Source: a virus
Taxonomy: Duplodnaviria > Caudoviricetes
Virus record (IMG/VR): IMGVR_UViG_3300013137_001181
Span: 1 to 60,502 of that record
DNA length: 60,502 nt
Direction: 5' to 3' (one strand)
The notes under the pieces are model-generated. The model worked only from the letters and a program-made list of their open reading frames with translations, had not been told where the DNA came from and did not search any database. Both the position numbers and the translations under genes were made by a program. Below, piece by piece: positions 26,741-36,162 of this stretch; position 1 is the first letter of the stretch; every line of letters begins with the position of its first letter.

Positions 26741-27174
26741 CACATTTTCTATATCACGCTTCGCTTTTCGTTATCCTTATTACCTATCTGTTGCTTCTTT
26801 ATGTGGGTTATCTTCTTTTTTATCCAGTGCGGTCGTTCAAGGTTATGGTTAGTCCAACACCTGTTACACAGAAGTCATATCATTTCGGAGATGTAATTGA
26901 GTTCACGCCAACAACCTGTAGATATAATGATAATGATGGAAGTGTTAATCGTGTACTGCGCAATGTTGATTATCCCACCATTGCTTATGGTATGTCCGAT
27001 GTACCTCTTGTCTCACAGCCGTTTAAGTGTGCCGTCTATCGTATTTCACTTATTCTTCCAAATAAAATGATTCAAGGCAGGTATATCGTTGAGAATTATA
27101 TCTCTATAAAGACAAACGCATTAAGAACAGAACATTATAAATGTTATACTGAGTCATTCAGCGTAATGCCATGA
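26737..27174 (+). CDS. membrane-anchored protein (lysis cassette)
   Basis: N-terminal TM followed by beta-rich Cys-containing domain. Confidence 0.65.
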   Translation: MTHFLYHASLFVILITYLLLLYVGYLLFYPVRSFKVMVSPTPVTQKSYHFGDVIEFTPTTCRYNDNDGSVNRVLRNVDYPTIAYGMSDVPLVSQPFKCAVYRISLILPNKMIQGRYIVENYISIKTNALRTEHYKCYTESFSVMP

Positions 27175-27587
27175 AAAATAATATATTATATGCTCTTTCG
27201 CTCTTCACACTTTTTATTATGGCCATAATGATGCTTGCTTTTTTCTATGTTATGTCTTATCCGTTTGATTTGGTGAAGATTAATAAAGAGACCAATCTAA
27301 ACAGTACATATAAATTAGGTGAAGAACTCGACAAGACTCTGAGCATATGTAAGAATACAGACTCTCCTCTCTTTGTTACGCTTGAGCTGTCAAACCAAGA
27401 CATAATAATGCTTGCAAGCAAGACATCATATGCGCCGCGTGGCTGTAAGAAGTATGTAATAGCTCAGAATATTCCTTTATCTACGCATCTTGGAGCGCAC
27501 TCTCTTCGTGTTACTGCCTGTTATAACGTTCATTTTAGACAAATCTGTAAATCGTTTATTAGCGACAAGTTTCAGATTGTAAAGTAA
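27171..27587 (+). CDS. membrane-anchored protein, probable paralogue of the previous gene
   Basis: TM-YP...Y..G+...C pattern shared with 26737-27174. Confidence 0.65.
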   Translation: MKNNILYALSLFTLFIMAIMMLAFFYVMSYPFDLVKINKETNLNSTYKLGEELDKTLSICKNTDSPLFVTLELSNQDIIMLASKTSYAPRGCKKYVIAQNIPLSTHLGAHSLRVTACYNVHFRQICKSFISDKFQIVK

Positions 27588-27605
27588 GAAGGAGGTGATA
27601 TTACT

Positions 27606-27854
27606 ATGGACTTAGCAAGTGCAACATTTATTGGTTTGACCACTCTCGGCATTGTTAATGTGGTTACGTTTTTCAAATCTAATCTTGATTCGAAAACGAA
27701 GTTCGCTATTGCCGTGGTGTCAGCTTTTGCTTTAACATTTGTTCCTGTTGACATTGGAAATATATTATTAGATAAGATGAAGATTGCTATCGAGGTGGCC
27801 TTTGCCATGTCTGGTGTTTATAAGATGGCGCAGAAGGTTGGCGGTCAACAATAA
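27606..27854 (+). CDS. putative holin
   Basis: 82 aa, 2-3 TM segments, SGVYK..QK end, AGGAGGTG RBS. Confidence 0.65.
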   Translation: MDLASATFIGLTTLGIVNVVTFFKSNLDSKTKFAIAVVSAFALTFVPVDIGNILLDKMKIAIEVAFAMSGVYKMAQKVGGQQ

Positions 27855-27873
27855 GACTTCTACCAAAAAAACG

Positions 27874-28821
27874 ATGTCTGAATCAAAAATAGGTCTCTAT
27901 TACCCGAACGGTCAAATGTTGACGATAGATCAGATTCGCAGGAAAAATGCACCACCAGTAGAAGTCTCTCCAATACCTATTCCGACACAGCGTTCTCTCG
28001 ATCAATGGACGCAACATCTTTCTGAAATGCAGAGAATGAGAGATGAAGTACTTCCTCTTCCTTCTTCAATAGACATCAAGCACGCAGCCCACGAGCCTGT
28101 TTTTTACGCACTGTTTGGTGATATCCACGCAGGAGGAGATAAGGTTGATTATGTCCGAGTTAAGGATGAGGTGCAGGCAGTAAAGGAGACGGATGGTGCT
28201 TTTGCGTTCATGCTTGGCGACGTAATGGACAACTTCTTTTTTAATCCAGCGCAACATGAAGACATAATCAATATAAATGAGCAAGCGCTCTATTCGAGAA
28301 AGGTGCTTGATGAGCTGAAAGGAAAGCTTATGGCCGGTTGGGCGGGAAATCATGAGCTTTGGAGTAGTCGTGACGGTCTTACTATGTACCATGACTTTGT
28401 TGAAAGATATGGTGCGCATTATCTTGAGGGCCTTGTTCATGTTGGTCTGACGGTTGGAGACAGTCTGTTTCATGTTTTTGGAGCCCATCAATTTGGTGGT
28501 CATTCTATTTATAATGCGGCTCATCCAGAACACAGAATGCAGAGAGAAGAAGGAGATGGTGGTGACATCTTTATTGGTGCGCACACCCATCATAAGGCGG
28601 TTAACAGGCAGACAGTAAAAGGTGTTGGCGGAGGACGCGAGGTTCTCTACATATCGCTTGGAGCATATAAGTCGTCTGATTCGTTTGCGAGAAAGCTTGG
28701 TCATTCTCCGCTTACTCCTTCTGAGATGGGCGGTGTTGGTCTTATTTTTTATCCAGATGATAAGCGCGTAGATGCGCATTGGGATATTCAAGAAGGTATA
28801 AAAGCCTTTAAAAAACTATGA
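27874..28821 (+). CDS. calcineurin-like metallophosphoesterase
   Basis: GDIH, GDVMD, GNHE, H, AHTH motifs. Confidence 0.85.
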   Translation: MSESKIGLYYPNGQMLTIDQIRRKNAPPVEVSPIPIPTQRSLDQWTQHLSEMQRMRDEVLPLPSSIDIKHAAHEPVFYALFGDIHAGGDKVDYVRVKDEVQAVKETDGAFAFMLGDVMDNFFFNPAQHEDIININEQALYSRKVLDELKGKLMAGWAGNHELWSSRDGLTMYHDFVERYGAHYLEGLVHVGLTVGDSLFHVFGAHQFGGHSIYNAAHPEHRMQREEGDGGDIFIGAHTHHKAVNRQTVKGVGGGREVLYISLGAYKSSDSFARKLGHSPLTPSEMGGVGLIFYPDDKRVDAHWDIQEGIKAFKKL

Positions 28822-29300
28822 GTGAAGTACCAAAACCTGTACCAGACAACATGACCTTTGTGTGGCATAGAGGAGATTTCTCTATTGCTGAGATTTATAC
28901 TAGAAAGATTAAGGACGGCTTTTCAGATGGAGTATCATATCATCGTGTGAGATATGAACGAAATGAGCAACATCAGCTTCCAGAGGAGATATTTAAATCG
29001 GTTTATTTACAGGCAATAGCTCTTTGTGGACTACATCCAGAGTTGGTTGTTTCTGTTATAAGAAATGATAAAGAAAGCGAGGTTGATGAGAGTGATAATA
29101 ATAGGCCATTTATCATGGACTCCTCTCCGCGTTATTTTCCTGGAGCAGAGGTGAAGGATATTATTTATGAAGGAACAATTTATCATTCAGATCCTAGTGT
29201 AGTTAAGAAATATGATATGTCAAAGATACCAAAGCCTCAGTCGGTCGTTACATCGCATGGTCTTACACGAAAAGAGCGTAAGCGACTTCGACATAAGTAA
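28818..29300 (+). CDS. hypothetical protein
   Basis: 160 aa, coupled start/stop. Confidence 0.65.
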   Translation: MSEVPKPVPDNMTFVWHRGDFSIAEIYTRKIKDGFSDGVSYHRVRYERNEQHQLPEEIFKSVYLQAIALCGLHPELVVSVIRNDKESEVDESDNNRPFIMDSSPRYFPGAEVKDIIYEGTIYHSDPSVVKKYDMSKIPKPQSVVTSHGLTRKERKRLRHK

Positions 29301-29319
29301 AAATTAATTTATTTTTACA

Positions 29320-29991
29320 ATGTTACTTAAAGAAGGGTGTGCTTTTTGTTACGAAAAAAGTTGGCCTCATTTTGCAAAATATGGAAGACAAAATTTAAAT
29401 CAAATGACCGTTGCTGAGTCTGATGTTTGGATAGCAAAACCAGATATATTGCCAGCACAGCCTCAAGGATTGCATTTTGTGATGCGACCCAAGGACCACG
29501 TGCTTAATTACATGAGTGCAGACACAGATTCGCTTGGTAGGTTTATATATGGTATCGAGCGAAGATTTGGTCCTGTGGCGATTATGAAGCATGGTGACGT
29601 TAAGGAGGAGGCCGCCTCTGTTATGAGCGTGAGACACGATCACACGCATCTTTTTCCTTCCGTTGACATTCGCGTTATTGATTATGTGCGCGACTTAATA
29701 GACTCACAAGGAATTCCATATCAAATCATTGACGCTCCTGATATTTCTTATTTAGTTCAGCTTCAAAAAGTGTTTAAAGGACAGCCGTATCTTTATGTTC
29801 AGCATGGTGGCGTTGGTCTTTTTGTGAATGATGAGCATGAGCAACTTGGTTCTCAGCAGATTCAGCATGCTATGCAGTGTCATTTTAATGGAGCAACTTT
29901 TAATTGGAAGAATATAGATTCAAATCCAGATCTTGCTAAATTATCAGTTGAAAGACTTTCTTACTATGAAGAAAAGTTTGGAAAAATATAA
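29320..29991 (+). CDS. HIT-like nucleotide hydrolase
   Basis: CAFC N-terminus, H...PKDH, SVRHDHTHLFP. Confidence 0.7.
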   Translation: MLLKEGCAFCYEKSWPHFAKYGRQNLNQMTVAESDVWIAKPDILPAQPQGLHFVMRPKDHVLNYMSADTDSLGRFIYGIERRFGPVAIMKHGDVKEEAASVMSVRHDHTHLFPSVDIRVIDYVRDLIDSQGIPYQIIDAPDISYLVQLQKVFKGQPYLYVQHGGVGLFVNDEHEQLGSQQIQHAMQCHFNGATFNWKNIDSNPDLAKLSVERLSYYEEKFGKI

Positions 29992-30355
29992 CTGTCCTTT
30001 TTGTGATGTGATGTTAATGAAGGGTCAAATTATTCATGTGCTTCCATATTGGTTTGTTATAAACAATAATAAACCGCTTTGTGATGGTCATTTGTTGCTT
30101 ATTCCAAGGCGGCATGTGCGTGGATTGGAAGATATTGGATGGATGGAGTGGTTTTTTTATAAGGTGGGTGTCCTTTGGTGTATTTCTTTTTTAAAGAACA
30201 AGAGGAAAAAAGATGCTTTTAGCTTCATTAACGCGCCAAGCGGTCAATCTGTTTTTCATTTTCATCATCATTTTGTTCCTAATTGGTTTGGTCCACACGG
30301 TCTTGACGCTCTATTAAGAAAAGGTAGAAAAAAGCATTTGACAAAGACAAGATAA
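29966..30355 (+). CDS. HIT family protein
   Basis: CPFC, GHLLLIPRRH, GQSVFHFHHHFVP. Confidence 0.85.
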   Translation: MKKSLEKYNCPFCDVMLMKGQIIHVLPYWFVINNNKPLCDGHLLLIPRRHVRGLEDIGWMEWFFYKVGVLWCISFLKNKRKKDAFSFINAPSGQSVFHFHHHFVPNWFGPHGLDALLRKGRKKHLTKTR

Positions 30356-30393
30356 TTGTCTACTATTTTAATGGCCAATTATTTTAGATATAT

Positions 30394-30627
30394 ATGAATA
30401 TAGTATTTCACGTTTGTCCGCGCTGTAAAAAGCTAGAGTGTGCTTACAGAAAGACGTATTATGAGAGTGAATATAAGGTAGACTCTCCAAATATTTTTTA
30501 TGTATGTGAAAACCCCGATTGTTGTTTCTTCATCAAAATAGATACGTCTAAGAAGGTTTATTTACAGTGGGATGATTGTACGTTTGAATGGATAAAAATC
30601 TATGACTCAACATTGCCTCGTTTGTAA
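30394..30627 (+). CDS. Zn-finger hypothetical protein
   Basis: CPRC...CENPDC. Confidence 0.55.
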   Translation: MNIVFHVCPRCKKLECAYRKTYYESEYKVDSPNIFYVCENPDCCFFIKIDTSKKVYLQWDDCTFEWIKIYDSTLPRL

Positions 30628-30796
30628 CAAAGCTTTTGAAATTGATATATATAGTGTCAAATATCGAAAGAACAGGAAGTATTGTGATTATGAATGTCAG
30701 CTTATTGCTCAGTCAGCAAGACAGCTGTTTTCCTATTGCAAATACAAAAAAATAGTGCTAACATGGAATAGATTATTGCAGTTATTAAAGATTTGA
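30602..30796 (+). CDS. small Zn-finger protein
   Basis: CLVCNKAF...KYCDYEC. Confidence 0.5.
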   Translation: MTQHCLVCNKAFEIDIYSVKYRKNRKYCDYECQLIAQSARQLFSYCKYKKIVLTWNRLLQLLKI

Positions 30797-30799
30797 TAT

Positions 30800-31066
30800 A
30801 TGGATATGAAGAATGCTTATAGAACAAACTCTCTTCCGTTAGCCTCCTTTCTTAGCAGTTCCACTTCTGTGAAATTTAAAGGAGTAGACGCTTCTGCTTC
30901 AACAATTATTTATTTCCTATTTGAGCCTCAAGCCGAGGCACAACGACTTGCCACTGAGTATTTTTCAGGTGGTGCAAACTGCGATCCTCTTGAGCTGTTT
31001 AAGAACTATAGGGTATTAAAAGACCTTGTGTTCGAGGCTAAAAGAAATGTTATAAACAATAGATGA
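30800..31066 (+). CDS. hypothetical protein (DUF5659-like)
   Basis: YRTNSLPLASFL...FLF...EYF...F..YR.LKD pattern. Confidence 0.65.
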   Translation: MDMKNAYRTNSLPLASFLSSSTSVKFKGVDASASTIIYFLFEPQAEAQRLATEYFSGGANCDPLELFKNYRVLKDLVFEAKRNVINNR

Positions 31067-31067
31067 T

Positions 31068-31412
31068 ATGAAAAAAAAGAAAAAAAAGGTTGAATATCAA
31101 AAGTATAAATGTCTAAATAATCATAGATTCAAAATCGTCTACAATGGCTGGTATCCTTCAAAACCATGTCCAAAGTGTGGTGAAACTGCGTATATGGATA
31201 CTCCTGATTCTAAGCCTTCTTCCTTCAGTGTTAAAACAAAAGAGGAGATAACGGGTTTTTATCGCACAAAAACAGGTGATCTTGTCGCATTAAACAAACA
31301 AGGTAGAATAACAGAAAATCATCATTATAATTTAAGAACAGATCCGCATGGCTGGAAGGCAATCGGTCGCAAAGTCAGAGAAACAGACAACAAAGGCAGA
31401 AGAAACGCCTAA
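31068..31412 (+). CDS. Zn-ribbon hypothetical protein
   Basis: YKCLNNHRF...CPKCG. Confidence 0.6.
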   Translation: MKKKKKKVEYQKYKCLNNHRFKIVYNGWYPSKPCPKCGETAYMDTPDSKPSSFSVKTKEEITGFYRTKTGDLVALNKQGRITENHHYNLRTDPHGWKAIGRKVRETDNKGRRNA

Positions 31413-32631
31413 ACTATATTGGCCAATAGACAATCTATATGAATGGCAGGACAATCCTCGCGCCATAAAACCAGAGGATTTTGATAGGCTAAAAAAACAG
31501 ATTATTGAGCTTGGTGAATATAAACCGCTTCTTATTACTCCAGAAGGAGAGGTTATTGGTGGTAATATGCGATTTAAGGCATATAGGGAACTTGGATATA
31601 AAAAAGCATGGGTATCTGTGGTAACTCCAAAAGACCATCAAGAGAAGCTAAGGTATGCTCTTTCCGATAATGATTCGGCTGGCTATTATATTAAGGATTT
31701 TCTGAGTACTCTTATAGAGCCGTATAAAGAGAATGTTGATTTCTTGAGTGAATTTAAGGTCGATTTCAACGTTGGCAGCGATTTAAATGCTCTTCTTAAG
31801 GATTTAGAGGTAAAGGAAGAATTTGAAGAGGAAGATGAGCCACCAGTTAAGCCAGAAAGCAAGCTTGGAGAGGTGTATCAGCTTGGAAGGCACCGTGTCA
31901 TGTGTGGAGACGCAACAGATGAGTCTGCCGTCGCTCTTTTAATGGATGGACAGAAGGTAGACATTAGTTTTACTTCTCCTCCATATAATGCAGGTACCAC
32001 TCCAACAGAAAATGATATGGGCATGGAAGGTAAATATGAGGACTATAATGACGAGAAATCAGATGAGGAATATCTAAAACTTCTTGTTGACTCTACTGTT
32101 CTTAGCCTAAAATATGCAAGTTACTCCTTTGTTAATTTACAAAGCATTTCTGGTAATAAGGTACCTCTTATTGATTTCCTTTATGCGATGAAGTCGCAAT
32201 ATGCCGATACGATTATATGGGACAAAATTGACTCTCAACCAGCATTAGCGCAAAATGTTCTTAATTCTGAATTCGAATATATTCATGTATTTTCTGAAAG
32301 GGCGACAAGAGCAATTGGTACAAAAAAATATCGTGGAACTCTTAAGAATATAGTCCATATAACTAGAAGAAAAGGCAATGACATAAAGAACCATCACGCA
32401 ACCTTTCCTATCGATTTTGCAAAACATTTTGTTTTTAATTTTTCTTCGGATAATGGCTCGGTATTAGACCTATTTGGTGGAACCGGAACCACCCTCATTG
32501 CATGTCATCAGCTTAACAGAACGTGCTATATGATGGAGCTTAATCCAGCTTATGTTGACTTAATAAGAAAAAGGTATGCTAAGTTTATTGGTAAAGAGTC
32601 AGAATGGTTAGAGATTACAAAAGCGACATGA
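31348..32631 (+). CDS. ParB-like N-terminal domain plus DNA methyltransferase (likely N4-cytosine/N6-adenine)
   Basis: NPR...GGNMR (ParB-like), LGRHRVMCGD, FTSPPY, HHATFP, LDLFGGTGTT. Confidence 0.9.
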   Translation: MAGRQSVAKSEKQTTKAEETPKLYWPIDNLYEWQDNPRAIKPEDFDRLKKQIIELGEYKPLLITPEGEVIGGNMRFKAYRELGYKKAWVSVVTPKDHQEKLRYALSDNDSAGYYIKDFLSTLIEPYKENVDFLSEFKVDFNVGSDLNALLKDLEVKEEFEEEDEPPVKPESKLGEVYQLGRHRVMCGDATDESAVALLMDGQKVDISFTSPPYNAGTTPTENDMGMEGKYEDYNDEKSDEEYLKLLVDSTVLSLKYASYSFVNLQSISGNKVPLIDFLYAMKSQYADTIIWDKIDSQPALAQNVLNSEFEYIHVFSERATRAIGTKKYRGTLKNIVHITRRKGNDIKNHHATFPIDFAKHFVFNFSSDNGSVLDLFGGTGTTLIACHQLNRTCYMMELNPAYVDLIRKRYAKFIGKESEWLEITKAT

Positions 32632-33602
32632 TATATACGGCAGAATCAGTCACCGCATGGCATCCTGATAAGATATGTGATCAGATTAGTGATGCAATTG
32701 TTGACGAATGTTTAAAACAAGATGAGTTCTCACGCGTAGCGGTAGAGACGACAGGAGGACATAACACCATTGTTCTTATTGGTGAGATAACCACAAAAGC
32801 AGATGTTGACTTTGTAGATGTGGCTCGCAGAACATATAGGGATCTTACAGGCAAAGATATAGGTGTTTTTTCAAACATTGTAAAACAGTCGCGAGAGATA
32901 GCGCAAGGCGTGAATACTGGTGGCGCAGGAGATCAGGGAATAATGGTGGGATATGCCTGTAATGACAACCCAATGTTCATTCCTCAAGAATTATTTATAG
33001 CGAGGAAACTTCTTGAAGAATTCAAGGTTGATGGCAAGTCTCAGGTGACGCTTGATGATAATAAGGCGTCTGATATAGTTATCTCCATTCAAGGAAAAAC
33101 CAGTGAAGAACTTGTTAAATATGTAAAGAATTATGCTAAGAAACATAAAGGATGGTTTCATGAAGGATCTGCCATATATGCAAACAACACGGGTTCATTT
33201 ATGATAGGAGGATTTGATTCTGATTCTGGTTGTACGGGTCGAAAGATTGTGGTTGACGCATATGGACCACGAGTTCCTGTGGGTGGTGGATCATTTAGTG
33301 GCAAAGACCCAACCAAGGTTGATAGAAGTGGTGCATATATGGCTCGCTGGATGGCTCTAAGTCTGCTAAAAAAGGCTGGAGCAAAGGAGGTTACGGTAAA
33401 ACTAGCTTACGTTATAGGAGGAGAAGAGCCCGTAATGATAACGGCGTGCATAGATGGTCGTACGCATAATATTTCAGGTGGCTCTTATGATTGTAGGCCG
33501 ATTGCTATTATCGAGAGATTTAAGCTTAGAAGACCTATTTATTTGGAGACTGCTCGTTATGGACATTTTGGTTTTAAACACTATCCATGGGAACAGGTTT
33601 AA
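32628..33602 (+). CDS. metK: S-adenosylmethionine synthetase
   Basis: ESVT..HPDKICDQISD, GAGDQG, DGKSQVT, GRKIVVD.YG, GGGSFSGKDPTKVDRSGAY. Confidence 0.95.
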   Translation: MIYTAESVTAWHPDKICDQISDAIVDECLKQDEFSRVAVETTGGHNTIVLIGEITTKADVDFVDVARRTYRDLTGKDIGVFSNIVKQSREIAQGVNTGGAGDQGIMVGYACNDNPMFIPQELFIARKLLEEFKVDGKSQVTLDDNKASDIVISIQGKTSEELVKYVKNYAKKHKGWFHEGSAIYANNTGSFMIGGFDSDSGCTGRKIVVDAYGPRVPVGGGSFSGKDPTKVDRSGAYMARWMALSLLKKAGAKEVTVKLAYVIGGEEPVMITACIDGRTHNISGGSYDCRPIAIIERFKLRRPIYLETARYGHFGFKHYPWEQV

Positions 33603-33817
33603 TAGATGAAATAAGGGAGATAGTTTTAATGCTTTATACAGAACCTCTTGAATGTATGACGAAGGAAGAGCTTATAAAGAAGCACGAAGATGTGATGAAC
33701 ACATTTATTGGCGTTTTGATAGGCGCTCGTATGACAACGGATAGAATTAAAAGTTTAATAGAAACTAAGAAGAATGCGACTAACAGTAGCACTTCCCATA
33801 TTAAATCAGCTAAATGA
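33587..33817 (+). CDS. hypothetical protein
   Basis: 76 aa bridging metK and GT. Confidence 0.45.
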   Translation: MGTGLIDEIREIVLMLYTEPLECMTKEELIKKHEDVMNTFIGVLIGARMTTDRIKSLIETKKNATNSSTSHIKSAK

Positions 33818-34697
33818 TACAAAAGGTATCATTGCCTTAAACAAGCACATGACTTCTGAAGATGCTGATTATATCTTCATTGATAATGGCTCAACCGATC
33901 CTGTTGAGAACTTTCTTATTCGTCACTTAAAGCCAAAGCGAATGAATTATATTCGCAATAATAGAAATATTGGACTCCTTAAGACATATCAACAGATATA
34001 TGAGGCCTGTGACACTGATATTCTTGCAATTACACACAATGATGTTCTTATTTATGAGAAAGATTGGGATAAACGCATTGTTAGCTATTTTGAAAAGATG
34101 CCAAATGTTGGAGCTGCTGGTTTTTTTGCTGCACAAGGCTGTGGACCATCTGGAGAGCGAATACAGGATGTTCCTCAACCTGGAATGATGTCTGGTTGGT
34201 CAAATATGCTTGAGGCCGAGGTTCATGGTATGCGTATGAATGAGCCGTGGCACGCTGCAGGCATATTTGATGGCTTAATGATGATATTTAGGATGGATAT
34301 GCTTCGTAAGGCTGGAGGATTTGATCAGCGGTATAAGTATCATCATATTTATGACAGAGATGCGTCACTTGAAAGCTTAAGACATGGATACGACAACATA
34401 GTTGTCAATGTTCCATGTCATCATCTTGGTGGTGTAACGGCTAATAGATCTGATTATCAGAATTGGATTAAGGACAGATTAACAAAGGATGGCGTTGATT
34501 TAAAATCCTCTACTGAAGGAGATATTTATCATAAAAAAGATGAAAGTGCGGATATGTGGACACATAATGAAAATAGTAAGACATTTGCTGAGAAATGGAA
34601 AGATGTTTTGCCTCTCTATGTTGAGAATGATTTTAGCTTTAGAACAGAACAGCGCGGACAATGGAATTTCAAAGGAGATAAAATCAGGCACCTTTAA
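33774..34697 (+). CDS. glycosyltransferase family 2 (GT-A)
   Basis: IDNGSTD, HNDV, GGFD..Y, HLGG. Confidence 0.88.
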   Translation: MRLTVALPILNQLNDTKGIIALNKHMTSEDADYIFIDNGSTDPVENFLIRHLKPKRMNYIRNNRNIGLLKTYQQIYEACDTDILAITHNDVLIYEKDWDKRIVSYFEKMPNVGAAGFFAAQGCGPSGERIQDVPQPGMMSGWSNMLEAEVHGMRMNEPWHAAGIFDGLMMIFRMDMLRKAGGFDQRYKYHHIYDRDASLESLRHGYDNIVVNVPCHHLGGVTANRSDYQNWIKDRLTKDGVDLKSSTEGDIYHKKDESADMWTHNENSKTFAEKWKDVLPLYVENDFSFRTEQRGQWNFKGDKIRHL

Positions 34698-35243
34698 AAC
34701 TAGGTTGTGGGGTTGAAGGAAGGAGATATTCTTATGGTGGATTATAAAAAAGCCGTCCAGCAGGCTAAAAAAGAACTGGAGAAGGAAGCCATAGAAGAAG
34801 TCAAAAAATACATCAAAGAAACCTTACAAGGTATCGAGGATGTTAAAGCTTCTATCAACCAAAAACAAAGAGAACTTAAGGCTCTGAAAGCTGATCTTGA
34901 TGATCTTGAGAATGGAAAGCTCGACAAGATAAAAGAGCGCCAGGAAAAAGACAAGACAGCGAAGAAGATATCTAAGGTAGATGTCGACCAACTTATTAAA
35001 GACTCGCCAATATTGAAACCATTCATGAGTGGTAGTACATATTGGAGTGGAACAAACAACGTTGTAGACAATACTTTGAAGTACACAAGCACAGCAGGTG
35101 CCGTTACTGTCGGTTTTAATCTTGGAGATTACAAAAATGCCATTTCTGGGACATATGTGGTTAACTCTGGAGGTACAGAGAAAGCCTACTATGTTCAGAA
35201 GAGGTAATTAAAAGTTAATTTTCAGCCCCACAATTTAGTTTTA
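34695..35243 (+). repeat. 23-bp inverted repeat bracketing one gene
   Basis: TAAAACTAGGTTGTGGGGTTGAA (34695-34717) pairs fully with TTCAGCCCCACAATTTAGTTTTA (35221-35243), with three G-U pairs. Confidence 0.85.
34734..35207 (+). CDS. coiled-coil hypothetical protein flanked by an inverted repeat
   Basis: Start MVDYKK after AAGGAG RBS. Confidence 0.7.
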   Translation: MVDYKKAVQQAKKELEKEAIEEVKKYIKETLQGIEDVKASINQKQRELKALKADLDDLENGKLDKIKERQEKDKTAKKISKVDVDQLIKDSPILKPFMSGSTYWSGTNNVVDNTLKYTSTAGAVTVGFNLGDYKNAISGTYVVNSGGTEKAYYVQKR

Positions 35244-35253
35244 ATTTTTACTT

Positions 35254-36162
35254 ATGAAAATCTTTATCACTGGTATACAGGGCTTCATACCAAGCCATCT
35301 CGCTAATTATCTGGCTGAGAAAGGACACGACGTTGTCGGCATAGACAACAATCTTCATCCAAGCAAGAATATTCTTTCTAAGAGTGTTCACTCATATTAC
35401 GGAGATGTACGCTACTACGAAGACATCGATAACTATGTACGAAGAGCGGATATTACTTATCACATGGCCGCGCAGATAAATGTTGACAAGTCTATTGACT
35501 ATCCACAAGAGACAATGGATATAAATCTAAATGGCACGATAAACATATTGAATGCGTGCAGAAGATACGGCAAGACAATGGTCTTTTCTTCAACCTCTGA
35601 AGTATATGGTACGCACGAAGGCTCAATAAATGAGAACGCTCCTACTTATGCTCAAAGTCCTTATGCTGTTGCTAAGCTTGCAGCAGATAAGCTGTGTGGC
35701 AATTATCACAGTCTCTATGGTGTGAGAGTGTTTCGTGTCAGAGGATTCAATACTTTTGGACCATTTCAAGGAGACGATCAGTATGGCGCGGTCATTCCTA
35801 AGTTTATCAAGCTTGTTATGCACGATAAGCCGCCAATCATATTTGGCGATGGTAAGCAGCTTCGAGATTATATCTATGTCGACGATGTTGTGCGCGCGTA
35901 TGAGCATATTCCTACAGTAGACAAGTTTCTTGGAACACCTGTGAACGTAGGCACAGGAAGTACGGTAAGTATCAATAAAATAGCAGATTTGATTATTAAA
36001 CACTTTGGAAAGAAACTAAAACCTATTTATATTGTTCCAAGACCAGGAGAGGTAAGAAAACTTGAGGCTGATATCAGGTTGCTTAAAAGTTCTGGTTTCA
36101 AGCCAGAGGTGAGCTTTGAAGAAGGCTTATCCAAATTCATCAAATGGTACACACGAGCATAG
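35254..36162 (+). CDS. NAD-dependent nucleotide-sugar epimerase/dehydratase
   Basis: ITGIQGFI, HMAA, SSTSEVYG, YAVAK, GDGKQLRDYIYVDD. Confidence 0.93.
   Translation: MKIFITGIQGFIPSHLANYLAEKGHDVVGIDNNLHPSKNILSKSVHSYYGDVRYYEDIDNYVRRADITYHMAAQINVDKSIDYPQETMDINLNGTINILNACRRYGKTMVFSSTSEVYGTHEGSINENAPTYAQSPYAVAKLAADKLCGNYHSLYGVRVFRVRGFNTFGPFQGDDQYGAVIPKFIKLVMHDKPPIIFGDGKQLRDYIYVDDVVRAYEHIPTVDKFLGTPVNVGTGSTVSINKIADLIIKHFGKKLKPIYIVPRPGEVRKLEADIRLLKSSGFKPEVSFEEGLSKFIKWYTRA

Noticed and set aside
28066-28791. 241-aa antisense ORF
   Set aside because: It lies entirely opposite a clear metallophosphoesterase and has no motifs; treated as a shadow ORF.
34695-35243. Autonomous IS element
   Set aside because: The enclosed ORF shows no transposase motifs and I see no target-site duplication.
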